A DNA stretch of 64,000 nucleotides from Camelus ferus (lineage: Eukaryota), in assembly GCF_009834535.1 (NCBI RefSeq), contig NC_045696.1, positions 20,524,001-20,588,000 of the forward strand. The letters are read 5' to 3'. Of this stretch, positions 50,483-62,200 are shown piece by piece; positions within the stretch are counted from its first letter, which is position 1, and each line of letters begins with the position of its first letter. The notes beneath the pieces are model-generated. The model was not told the origin of the DNA and searched no databases. It worked only from the letters and a program-made list of their open reading frames with translations. The translations under genes and the position numbers were made by a program.

Positions 50483-51068
50483 TGCAGGCAGCTTTAGGCA
50501 GGAAACAGCTCTTTGCAGGAAAGTTCTCTGCAGGAAGCTCTTTTCATCTTGTTACTAAGCTTAAACCAAGACGCCCCCAGTGCTCTGCTCAACTCTGGCT
50601 CCAGCACACCTTTCAAACCTTTTGATCACACAAAATCCTGCCTAACCTGTTGTTCTCTTCCACAGATCAAAGAAGTTGAAATGGAGAATAAGTAATTAAC
50701 AGATGACGAGGTCTCTTCCTGAGCTTCCCCTTCAGTAATCTTGCAAATGGACTGTGCGAACAAACTGTGAACAAGATAGCATCTAAAGAAAAGATCAGGA
50801 GAAGTGGACAAGACTGCACGCTCTGGGGGATGATGACGACTCTGACCCGCTACTTCAATGATTAACTGAGATTACTTCCCTTTTCCCTTTAAAGCTTCCA
50901 TGGCTGAGCACAACCTTTAGAGATTCTGAAGGTTTTGGTAGCAGGCGCTGAGTCCGCCATCTCCCCAGATTGCCAGCATTCTGATTAAAAGCAACTTTCC
51001 CTTCTACCAACATTTGCCTCTCTTGAGAATTGATTTTCGAGCAGTGAGCAACCTGAGTTCCATTAACA
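50483..51068 (+). mobile_element. ERV1-type solo LTR inserted in an L2 remnant
   Basis: TG...CA termini with perfect 4-bp TSD AGTA (50479-50482, 51069-51072). CCCTTTAAAG TATA-like box at ~50886, ATTAAA polyA signal at ~50984, and U5-like TTGCCTCTCTTGAGAATTGATTTTCGAGCAGTGAGCA. Confidence 0.8.
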
Positions 51069-51929
51069 AGTAAGATTTACCAATCAACGAAGACAGTGAA
51101 ATGTGAGGGTTGAAGATGACTGTGGGCAGAAGACACAACAGAGGTAGTGTCAGAGACATAGTTTTTGAAAAAGCAAGCAAGTAGGCAACTGCAAGTAGAA
51201 GTAGTAGCAGTAGAAGTCGTTGTAGTCGGTAACATTGCCCCAGTCCTCCAACAGACACCCATTTCTCTGCCAATTTTAACTGTGATAGGGCCAGTATTTA
51301 CCATACCCAGTTGCCCTTACCTTGGCTCAGTGATGATTTTAGGCATGCTAATTCCATCAGACTATCTCTCAGAAATTTGAAATTTAAAAGAAGTCCAGGG
51401 ACTTGGTTGAACCATCTGGTGGTAGACTGCTGAAGATCTGATGCACAAAGTTCTGCTTTCAAAGTCCTTGTTTCTGCCCTAGTTCTGTTTCTAATAAACT
51501 GAATGTTCATCATCTTTCTTATTTCTAAGATCTATGCATTATCATCATAAAGAATGACTTATAATCAATCAAATAGTTTTTATGATTTGTAATGGAAAAA
51601 AAATGAGGGGTATAGTAATACTCAGCTGAAAAGTTAGACTAAATGATTAACCTAAACAATTGGGTTATGAAGTGGACTTGCTTACCATACTAGGAGTTTA
51701 AATTTTAAGTTATATAACCAAGGATTACAAACTCTGTTGTCTACAGAGATAAACAGGTAATTTAAATATTTAACAGAATAAAATGGAGAAACTAGAAACC
51801 TGAAATATTACTCCCCATTTCAAAATATTAAACTGCATTATTTAACAATGCCAGTCAGATAAAATATATTCTTTATTACGAACTTAGTTATTGATCTTCT
51901 TTTTATAATCATTATATATATTATGAGTA

Positions 51930-53520
51930 AGCTTTAAATGCTCATTGACTTTTTCCCCGATATATCCTGTATCTTATTTTTGCTCATCTGTTCTTCTTGA
52001 CCACTTTCCTTAGCATTAGGGAATATTTTCTAGTGTAACATCTTTATGCCTTAATTACTTTTTCTATTATATCTTCTTGAGTTATTTCCTTACTGGTTGG
52101 TATGGGGTTCATAATATACATCTTAACTAATTAGAATGTACTTCAGATTTGTACTAATTTAATTCTAGTGAGATGCTGAAATATAGAAACATTACACTCT
52201 ACCCTTCTTTCCTTTTGTTGTGCTATCATTGCAAATCTAGAAATTTATGGCTACAATGATTAATTTATAAAATTTTACTTAAAAATCAAGTAAGAAAAAA
52301 AAGCAAATGTATATCTACTGAGTTTGTTTTATTAACCTTCTTATTTATAATTTCCGGCTCTCTTCATTTGTTTCCTTTGCCCCCCGGGTATCAGGGGTTT
52401 TAGCAGAACTCTCTTTGACTGTCTCTTTTCCTGTTCCCTCTCGTCAAGTTGTTTGCATCATACGCAGCAGTTAGGTTCCACAAACTGCAGGTGGTTTTCT
52501 CTACTGTTTTAAAACATTAAAAAATGCCTAGTGTATAAATTGCTCCAGTGTCTGGACCAAATAAACGCTGACTCCTTTGCAGTGTAGATTTTGAGGCTGG
52601 ACTTTGAGGTTTGTTCTAACTCCATGGCTGTTTCTGTCTCTGGTTCTCTCTAATACTACTGGTTCTCTCTAATTTACTACTCTCTGTAGTAAACTACCTG
52701 CCTTGAGGAAGCCAGGTGCTCCATAGAGCTGCCAGGCCCCTCATGATAGTTTACTACCTAAATCTCCGTTGCTTCAAGAGCACTTTAAGACTTGAACTTT
52801 CTCACAATATATTCCAAATAATTATTTAAAAATTAATTAACTCGGGGAGAGTACTGAAGCTTTTTGTTCTTATGGCTTGCCTCTGCTCCCGGGCAACATC
52901 TCTGGGCTATTCTCCAGAGGTGAGGGTAGGTACAGTGGCCTGCTTCTGTCCGTGTGAAATCTCGGCTTTACAAGCATGGTGCTGAGCAAGGGTGGTAGCT
53001 TCTCATCCTGGTATGGAATCACCCTCTCATGAGTGAGCTGGGGTGGGGAGACTCTGCACCCCAGTGTTCTCAGTCTGCCATGCCTTATGTAGAGATTTGA
53101 CCCTAATCCAGGGGGCTGGTGCAATAACAGAGCCCCAGACTTCTCAGCTGCATCTGCCTAAAATTTAATCTTTTTGCCAAAAGCTGGAAGAAAGAAAACA
53201 GGCTTTTTGCTCCTCCTTACTAGCAGCTGTGGTGAGAGAGCATCTCATTTTGGGGACCACAAGCACTTAGAATGGGGCTTCCATCATGCTGAAGGGGAGG
53301 GTGAGTAAGGGAGGCAGTGATAAATACGGCTCAAGTGTCATAAACTTCCTCTTCTTACCAAGATTTAGGAGGTTTTTACTAAGAATGCATATTAATTTGT
53401 TTCATCTCCCCAGGAAGTTTCCAGGGACTTTACAATTCTTTTCCACCAATTAAGGTTGTTTCTCTGGGGTGTTAATCCATGAAGCTCCTCACACTCATAA
53501 TTCCTGCCGAAGTCCATCTT
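51930..53520 (-). mobile_element. Old L1M: inter-ORF region (51930-52370) joined to 5'UTR-like sequence (52380-53520)
   Basis: Minus strand TTAAGATGTATATTATGAACCCCATACCAACCA and AATGAAGAGAGCCGGAAAT match the L1M post-ORF1 region. The GC-richer block ending in CCATCTT resembles an antisense L1M 5' end. Confidence 0.6.
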
Positions 53521-54449
53521 CACAGTGTAGTTTTGAAGATTAAATGAATATATATAGTCATGGGAGCAATTAGATCACACAAAAAGTCCACGGTGATCTA
53601 GCAGCCACAGAAAAGTCCTGTTCCAAAATTGTAACTAACAAGAAATCTTTAACATTTTGTTTGCCTACTCTTCCTTTTCCTTTCCAAAAATTTTCCTGTA
53701 TTTGGCAAACTATCACATTTTATACCACACATGAGAGCTAAATGATTTTCATGATAGTCTCTTAAAGGAGCTCTTTGGCTGATCATAGCCAACAGGGAAA
53801 ACATCCGCTCATCAAATTTTGAATGCTTCTTACCAAATCGCAAAATAAACACTATTAAGACTATCAAATACATACTATCACGTAGATATGTGTATGAATG
53901 CAGGTATTCTCATATGTCTTGGTCCTGGCTTCCTAGAAAATACTTACAGAAAACGGTAAGTATGTTTTTGAAATAATGATCACATTACTTTAGTCAGTCC
54001 TGGAGTTTAAAGAACAGCCTTAGGTGGTAAAATTTATATATCAAAATCTGTGGTCCAGCTCCATCCTTTCTTGTAACAGACTCTGCAATAATATGCCTTT
54101 CATAAATATTATAGCAAAAGCTTCACCTTGAAGCAGTTGGATTTTACAACATAAGTTGATGGAGAAAGGGAAAAATGCAATCATATCTGTATTGTGTTAT
54201 GCTTACAGGGTTCCAATAAAATGAGATTAAAATACTGCAAGTTCAGGATACTCTGGCCAATTATTACCAAGATATTCAATAAACACTGTCAACCCCAAAA
54301 TAGGATATTGAGAGTGATAAGATAGAATTCCAAGTGTGTGTATAGAATAACAAGTTAAGAATATGGAAGACATACAAGCAAATCAACTATTTTTGAAAAT
54401 TTTGAGGAAAAAAAATCACTGTCATATAGTTAAAGATGCATTTTCAGGG

Positions 54450-57165
54450 TGATGGTTGAGTAGCTGCTTTTAAAGCAACCAGTCCTCCTGCAGATAATTA
54501 TAAGTCCTGAGAAATACAATAAATTGACATCATTGGAGAGTGAACAAAAGCAGCAGATATTGGAGAAGTGTTGTCCTTTTTTTAGGAAAAAAATACTAGA
54601 TGAGTAACTAATTTGTACAGGTTTTTACCCAAAGGCAGGCTCTAACTATTCTGTGGGCTAGTCAAATCCCAAATAGATAACCTTTAAGTCTTCTTTGAGG
54701 AACTAAGTCTTCAAAGAGTTTGGAATATATACGGAAAGGACAAATCTTGGAAAGGAGAGAACTGTAGAGAGAATCCATTTCTTTGTATAGACCCTGCCAA
54801 AATTCTCTGGCTGAAGTATGTGCGCACAGACACATTCAAAGCAGCAGAAGTCAGGCTAAAATAACTGACCTGATGATTTTACTTTTGAGGCTGAGTACAG
54901 CCTATTATCTTTGGGAAACATACGGAATACAAATTCTCCAAACTGTATAATTCATAATATCTAGGATAGAATCCAAAATTACCAGGCATATGAGGAAACA
55001 GCAAATGTGACCCACACTGAAGAAAAAGAGCAATAAATGGAGACCAACACAGAAGTGACTCAGATATTGGAATTAATACACTAGAGACTATTATATCCTT
55101 GCTCAAGGAGATAACAGAAAATGTTTGCTACACAGGAAAAATAAAAATTAAAGAATGGAAATATATAATATAAGAAATTACAACAAAAATCAGTGGAAGA
55201 ACGTAACGTATGATTGGAGACGACAGGAAAATAAGTGAGGGATAGAAAACAGAACACTGAAATAGTTATTCAATCTGAAGGATAAAAATAAATAAGATTG
55301 GAAAAAAATAATATACAGAATATCAGGGACTTGTGAGGCAATATAAAAATACTGAACACAGTTGTAATTGGAGACCTAGAAGAGCAAGAGAAATAAAACA
55401 TTCAGAGAAAGATTTTAAGAAATATTATCCAGTATGTATCCCATTACTGAAGGATTTAAATTTAGACCATGAAGGAGATCAGAGGAGCGTAATCAATAAG
55501 AAAGAAAATTACACCAAGCACATTACAGGCAAATTTCTGAAACTCAAAAAACAAAGATAGTATCTTGAAAGGGGGCAGAGGAAGACAATCCAGTGTATAC
55601 AGGGCAAGAGTAATATGGATAATTGGTCAATTTTATCAGAAACAGTGGATACCAGAAGACAATAGAATGATCTCTATATACTGCTAAAGAGGAAAGAACA
55701 AAACAACCAATATCAAATCAAAACAAAACAATAAAATACAATCCTACATACAGTGACCATAGCCTTGAAAAATGTAGGTGAAATAGACATTTTCAAATAT
55801 AAGCAAATTAAATTTTCATAATTAAAATTAATAAAAGAATTATCTCAAGCAAAAGAGAAATTATACAAAATGGCAATTGGATTTTCAGGAGAGGATGAAG
55901 AGCACAGGAAATGTAAAATGTATAGGAATAAAATAATAGGAATAAAAATAAAAGTTATGTCTGTCCTATAGATTTCTTAATAATGACTTGTTTAAAATAA
56001 GAATCACAACATTGTTTTGTGAGGTTTATGATGAATGGGGGTTTAATACATAAGATAACATTGGTACAAAGAATGGCAGAGGTGATAAATGGTCCCACAA
56101 TGTTGTACATTTTCTACCTTTTACATGAAGTTTTACAATATTAACTCATTAAAGTAGATAATGAAAAGTTATAAACATGTATTATAATCCCAAAGCAACA
56201 ACTAAAATATCACAAATAGATAAGTACTAAAATGCCAAGAGGTAATTCTAATTAAACATCCAGTTATTCAAATGAAGGCAGGGAAAGAAGAAAAATGAAA
56301 CTAAAAGCAGGGAGGTGAAAAAGAAAAAGAAAATGTTAGACATAATCCAGCCAAATGGATTGATACTTTAAATTACTTTAAATGATAATGGACTAAATAC
56401 TCCTATTAAGAGACAAAGAATTTTTAAAAAATGAACAAAATGGTAAAATCTAAGTATATGGCATCTGCAAGAGACATATTTTAAACATAAAACACAGACA
56501 GGATGAAAGTAAAAGGACAGAATGAGTTCCACCATGCAGAGGGTATGCATAAGGAGAATGAAATGGGTACATTACTGTCAGATACAAGACTTCCAGGGAA
56601 AGGGCATGATCAGAAATAAAGAAGGACATTTATAACACAGCCAAGACATCATGAAGACAAAGCAGTCATAAACATACTGCAGAATGGCAGAGCATAAAAA
56701 GAAACCAAAGTATATTCAATTAAAAAAAAAAAAAAAAGACAGTCAAAACGCAGTTGGAAACTTTAATCTTCTTCTCTCAGCTTTTGATAAAACTAGACAC
56801 AAAAATCAAAAAAGCCCAAAACTACTTGAAATACACTATCAACTATCTTGACCAAATTGACATTTATAAAACACACTCAACTGAGAAGTCAAACTCTTTT
56901 CAAGAGCCTATGTAATACTCACTAAAATGGACTATTATTTCTGTCATAGGACAATTCTCAATAACTCCAAAAGATTGAAAAATACAGAGTATATTGTCTT
57001 ATCATAAGGAATAAACTAAAAATAGGTAACATAAACTATCTAAAACATCAAATAATAGGAAATTATACATTACTAATTCATTGGTTGAAGATAAATCACA
57101 AAAAGCTTTAAAAATGTAAATGTGAATAATGATGAAAACTGAATTATATATAATTGTGAAGCAAA
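54450..57165 (+). mobile_element. Old L1M 5' half: 5'UTR, ORF1, inter-ORF and ORF2 endonuclease, all disrupted
   Basis: ORF1-like ...YTKHITGKFLKLKKQR* and ATCAGAAACAGTGGATACCAGAAGACAATAGAATGA. Endonuclease start ITLNDNGLNTPIKRQR at ~56371 and LQETYFK at ~56465. Confidence 0.88.
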
Positions 57166-58169
57166 AATACATTCATATGTTTCCTTTAAACTTGAAATAC
57201 TTGGAATAGACATGAAGTGCACATTCCTCTTAATAAAATCTAAGTATGTTTAAAACTTAGCTCATATCCCATCAATTGTTTTAATTATACTTGAGATGTC
57301 AGTTATGTGATACATACACTGCACATACACACATAATTGGTTTGTGTTGCAAGGATTGTTAGGTTACAATCTGTGTGATCTGAATTTATCATTTCTCACA
57401 AACATCAAATCTCTTTTCGTCTTCTTATTCCACATTTGATGCTCCCAGAAATTTTTAAAGTATAACCCATTATACATCCCCTCAGTTTCATGTGTTAGTT
57501 TTTTTGAGGTATTTCACTTTGTTTTATTGGAAATAAGAGCTAATTTGATTATATATTACCTTTATTTCTCTTTGGATGTACATACAATTGGGTGAGGATG
57601 AAAATTTTTTGAGAACAAAAATAATCATGATAGAAATCACTGGTACAAATGAGGAAGTACACCATAAGAATAGGATTTGGAAAAAGTTAGAAGACAAAGT
57701 TATATTTAGATTAAAACTTGATTTTATTGCTTCTTATCAGTACAAATACTCTCCTACCTGAAAGATTGCTTTACCTCTTTCATTTCACAGTTCTGATACA
57801 GTTCATTGCGCAGTGTCAGAAAGACCATAACTTCGCTATGAAGTTCCCACAATCTGAATTCACTGAGCATGTCTTGCAATCTGTTATTTTCTCATGCACC
57901 CAATTGCTATGCTGAGAGTAATTACAGTGGTAAATGATAATGTTTCTATAGTGTGTAATTTCATACTTTGTTCCCTCTTACGAAGAACAGTATGACATAG
58001 CTTCGACAAAAATCTTCTCAACCCCATTCATCTGTTATTCACAGTAATTTTAAGGAATATTTTAAAAATCACTTTAATTAATGCATATGTAAAAAAGTAG
58101 TGTTTTCTATTAAAATATAGATTATAAAGAACATGGTTAATCTTAGTTACACACACATATATTTACACT

Positions 58170-59270
58170 CAACATGGAGATATACACAAGTAAGGAGACA
58201 ATTGCTAACATGCTATGACATTGTCAACACAGGTTGTGATAAATTATCAGAAAACATCTTTTAGAAGAAGTAATGTATATATATATATATAGGGAAGTTT
58301 GAAAAACTAGGACATTTTAGACAGGTTATAGAAAGGGAACTGGATAAGCCAAAACAATTTTTTTAAAATGCCTAAGAAGAAGAACATAATGTGCAAAGAC
58401 CCAGAAGTAAATGGAAGCATAGACTTTTGGGGAAGAAACAAGTAATCCAGAATGAATGGAGCTCGATTAGAAAGATGAAGCAGATACAGCAGAGAAACAA
58501 AGAGAAACCAGATGCTAAAGAGCATGGCAAGAAGGTTGCGTATCATCCTGAAAGACAATAGGGAGCCATGGAAAAGGTCTGAGGAGAGGGAATGCCATGA
58601 GACATTACTGTGGCTGCAGTGTGGAGAATAATTAGGAAGTAGCAAGACCAGAAGCCGGGTTAATGACTTGTAGAAAGATGTTGCAGTAGGTAGGTAAAAG
58701 CCTATGGCAAACTAAGTTAGCTGCAGTGGGATGGGGAGAAGTGAAGAGATTTCAAGCACTTTAAATGTGCAGCACTGGCAGGATTTCTGACTGATCAAAT
58801 ACAGATGGGGAGGAAACAGGCATACCCAAGTTTGATACTGTTTCTTGTTGGCAAATGAATATCTGGAGTCACCTTCCCCCGAAACAGAGAATTTAGGAGA
58901 AACATGGTTTCTTTAATTATTTCTGTCATTCAAACCTGAATTAGGGTTTGGATATATTATTTTTGAGGCACTCGTGAGAGATTTATATTTACAAGTATAT
59001 ACATTTCTTTATCTCTAACAGAACTCAGGTTCAAACATTGTGTAGTCATCAGCCCATGGGTAAGGTCTGAAATCACTGAAAGTAAATGAGATCACCCAGG
59101 GAGCTTATAAATGAGAAAAGAGAAACAAAGACCCAGTCTCTAGAGGAGAGAAAACACAACATAAAAACTCGAGTTGACAAAAGGGAAGGTCTCAACGGAG
59201 TTTGCAAATGAAAAGAAAACTGGAAGATCATGCTCTTTAAAGTCACGGACAATGAAGCCTATCACGTTCA
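58170..59270 (-). mobile_element. L2 LINE fragment
   Basis: GAACATAATGTGCAAAGACCCAGAAG, CAATAGGGAGCCATGGAAAAGG, TTACTGTGGCTGCAGTGTGGAGAATA and AATGAGATCACCCAGGGAG. Confidence 0.85.
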
Positions 59271-59358
59271 ACTCCTTTATTTGTGAGTATACTTTTCAGC
59301 ATGGAAACATTACTGAATTTTATGTTTCTTTAAAATCTTTTATTTTGCCATATTAACC

Positions 59359-59423
59359 CTATCTATCTATCTATCTATCTACCTATCTATCATCTATCCA
59401 TCATCTATTTATCCATCTATCTA
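59359..59423. repeat. (CTAT)n imperfect tetranucleotide repeat
   Basis: Seen directly. Confidence 0.95.
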
Positions 59424-60075
59424 CATATTGTCTGTGTATTCTTGTATTTATGCACACATTCTAAAAATATGATACTTAGAATAGTATATTAAATAGTAAA
59501 ATTACTGGTTTCTTATACATTAGCATATGAGGAAGGAAAATTATTGTTAAAAAAAACAACAACAGACGGAGCAAGCAGCAAGAAGGAAAAGGTAATGTAA
59601 CATCACTGTCTGTTGATCACAGATTTGGAAGATCTGGATCAAAAATGACTAATTAATAGATTTTCCATTTTTCAATTTTAATTACATAGTACAAGCCATC
59701 CAATAACTTGAATATAGTTTGGAGGAGATGTTAAGTATCTAATGTAATTAAATTACGGTGAAGTGTACCTGTACAGACTCCACATAGCAGATAAGACCAG
59801 TCTGAAAATGTTAAATTACACTTTGTAAAGAATGTGTTGTTTTAAGTGGTTATTGTATTCTGACCATTAGCAAAGAGGTGAAATGCTCTGATCAGTTGGC
59901 TGAGTTAGTGTTGAGAATATTTAATAAATTTCAATAATAAAACATTTAATAAACTAGAAAAAAAACATATTGTCTTTAAAATTTTTGATGAATTAAAAAT
60001 ATCTGTATTTTTAATGCATAAATTTATTTCTGCAGACATTTAGGATGATGTAAGAAAGGTTTTGAAAGTCAGACC

Positions 60076-60830
60076 TTTTTAAGGCATAATACGCATATAG
60101 TAAAAGTCACTCTTTAGAGGTGTGAAGTTCTGACTTTTGACAAATACATATTATTGTGCAATGAACATTACAATAGAGATATATTTTCATGACTCTTAAA
60201 GTTCCTTGTGGCACTTTGTAGTCTATCAGTTTTTCCCATTCTTAGCCCCTGGCAAATGCTGATGTTTTTCTGTCACTATGATATTGTCTTTTCCCAGATG
60301 TCAGGTAAATGGAATGATACAGCATGTAGCCTTTAGAGTCTGACTTCTTCCACTTAGCAAAATGCATATGGGATTCATCTATGTTGTTTTGTGGACTAGT
60401 AGTCCCTTTATTTCAATGCGTAAGTAGTGATCTATTATATGGATATAGCATAGATTTTATCTATTCACCAATTAACGGGCATTTCATTTGTTTCCAGTTT
60501 TTGGCAGTCATGAGTTACCAGATAAACACTGGCCACTATAACATTAGCATCCAATGTTTTAGGTGGAGATGCTTTTCTTTTTCTTGGAAAGTGGGATTTT
60601 AAGTCATTTGGTAATTGTATGTTTAAATTCATTAAGAAAACTCCAGACTATTTTGCAAAATGGCTAAAACGTTTGCATCGTTGCCAGCTATATATGAGGG
60701 TTAACACTGATCCACATCCTTGTTAGCACAACGCATTGTAAGTTTTTTTTTTTTTTTTCCTCTTTGACATTAGTATTGGTGTGTAGTGATATCTCACTGT
60801 GGCTTGAACTTGTATTCTTATAATGATAAC
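60076..60830 (-). mobile_element. Old L1 (L1MB/MC-like) 3' end
   Basis: AGCCCCTGGCAAATGCTGAT, AAATGGAATGATACAGCATGTAGCCTTT...CTTCTTCCACTTAGCA, TTGTTTCCAGTTTTTGGC and GTGTGTAGTGATATCTCACTGTGG. Confidence 0.88.
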
Positions 60831-61494
60831 TGGAACAATCTTAGGCAGATACGGTCACCAGTAGGTAGAAGCAAGGACTAGTTTGTTCTACCTTCAGAAA
60901 GGCAGGGACATAGTTTAGAAGGGGCTTATGAGGATGAAAGAAAGAATATGATTTATGAGCAGAAGACAACAAGTATGTTGCCTAACCCAGTTGCATAACA
61001 CAGGAAAAGAATGGCTAGGTAAGTCTACCCTGTCCTTTCTTTTGCAGAATGGTCAGCCTCAGTGCAATATTCAGTTCATTGGCCCTCATCCAGCTGACTC
61101 AGCTGATGTACCTACTGCTCTCGCTGGATTCTTAGATCGTGTCAGGATTCAGGGAAACCTCTTCAGTCTGGCTGCTTGACTTGCTCTCTCCGAAGTACTG
61201 GTCTTTTTTAGGTGTAGAGGAAAGATGAGGATATGAAGGCAAAGATTCAATAAAATAAATCAATGCTTTTAAAACTAACTCCTGGCAATTGGAAATGTCT
61301 TTCAATAACAATATAAAATAAATTCTCATTAGTCTCCTGCTGGTTTGTATCAACATGGCTAAATAAGGAGACTGGTGTTCAAGAGTCCACTAATTCAAAT
61401 AAGAGACACTTCAGGGAGGACTTTCAGTGCTCTATGGTAGTAATTAGGCTAAATAACATTTTAAAAAAATACTCCAGGGGCTTAAAGTCTAGTG

Positions 61495-62200
61495 ATATGC
61501 AGAAATACAAACAGGTAATTTTAATTAAATCAACACCAAAGTACTTATAAAAAGCTTTGAAAGCATTATGGGCCAATTGATTCAACTTAAGATTTGGCAA
61601 AGAATTTTTTCAATGACTTTGCCTCTCAGATTAATCTATAGGATGATTGAGAAAGAGTTAGCAAGACAGTGGATCCTAAGAAATGGTGAGAAAATGGAAA
61701 AACACCAGCAAAGTAACAGAGTTGCATGGTAGTACAGTGTTCGGAGAAAACACTAATTACAGTATTGCTGAGGTGTCAAGAGTGAGCAAGGAAAGAATTC
61801 AGAAATAAGCTGAGGATATTTGGGAACATGAGCTTTTTTAGAGATCCTTCTATGAAAAGAAGGGATTCACATTTTGATCTTAAAGATTAGTGATTTTTAT
61901 ATTTTTGTTCTTTCTCTTTGAGAATCTCATTAAAGTATTGGTCTCCCTTCCTAGAGAATGCATATATATATAAATACACACACATACATATACTTATGTA
62001 CATGTGAGTCCATAGATGATGCACTTAAACTCATAACCACCATGGGGGTTCTCAAGCTCCTGATGTAGTTAAAGATGAGAGACTGAAGTGTTTTAAGCAG
62101 AAGACTATTTTTGTCTACTGAATGGAGCAAGAATTTAATGGCTACAAAACTGCCCAGAGGGAGAACATTATAAAGATGATAGAAATAATTTAAATGGAAA
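61495..62200 (-). mobile_element. L2 LINE fragment containing a hAT MITE
   Basis: GGCTTAAAGTCTAG, GAAATAAGCTGAGGATAT, ATTTTGATCTTAAAG and, after the MITE, GAGAGACTGAAGTGTTTTAAGCAG. Confidence 0.6.
61915..62062 (-). mobile_element. MER103C-like hAT-Charlie MITE
   Basis: CTTTGAGAATCTCATTAAAGTATTGGTCTCCCTTCCTAGAGAATGCA...CCATGGGGG...AAGCTCCTG matches antisense MER103C as recalled. Confidence 0.6.

Noticed and set aside
51004..51380. Overlapping ORFs with a poly-Leu signal-peptide-like stretch
   Set aside because: Caused by a low-complexity GTAGAA/GTAGCA repeat next to an LTR/L2.
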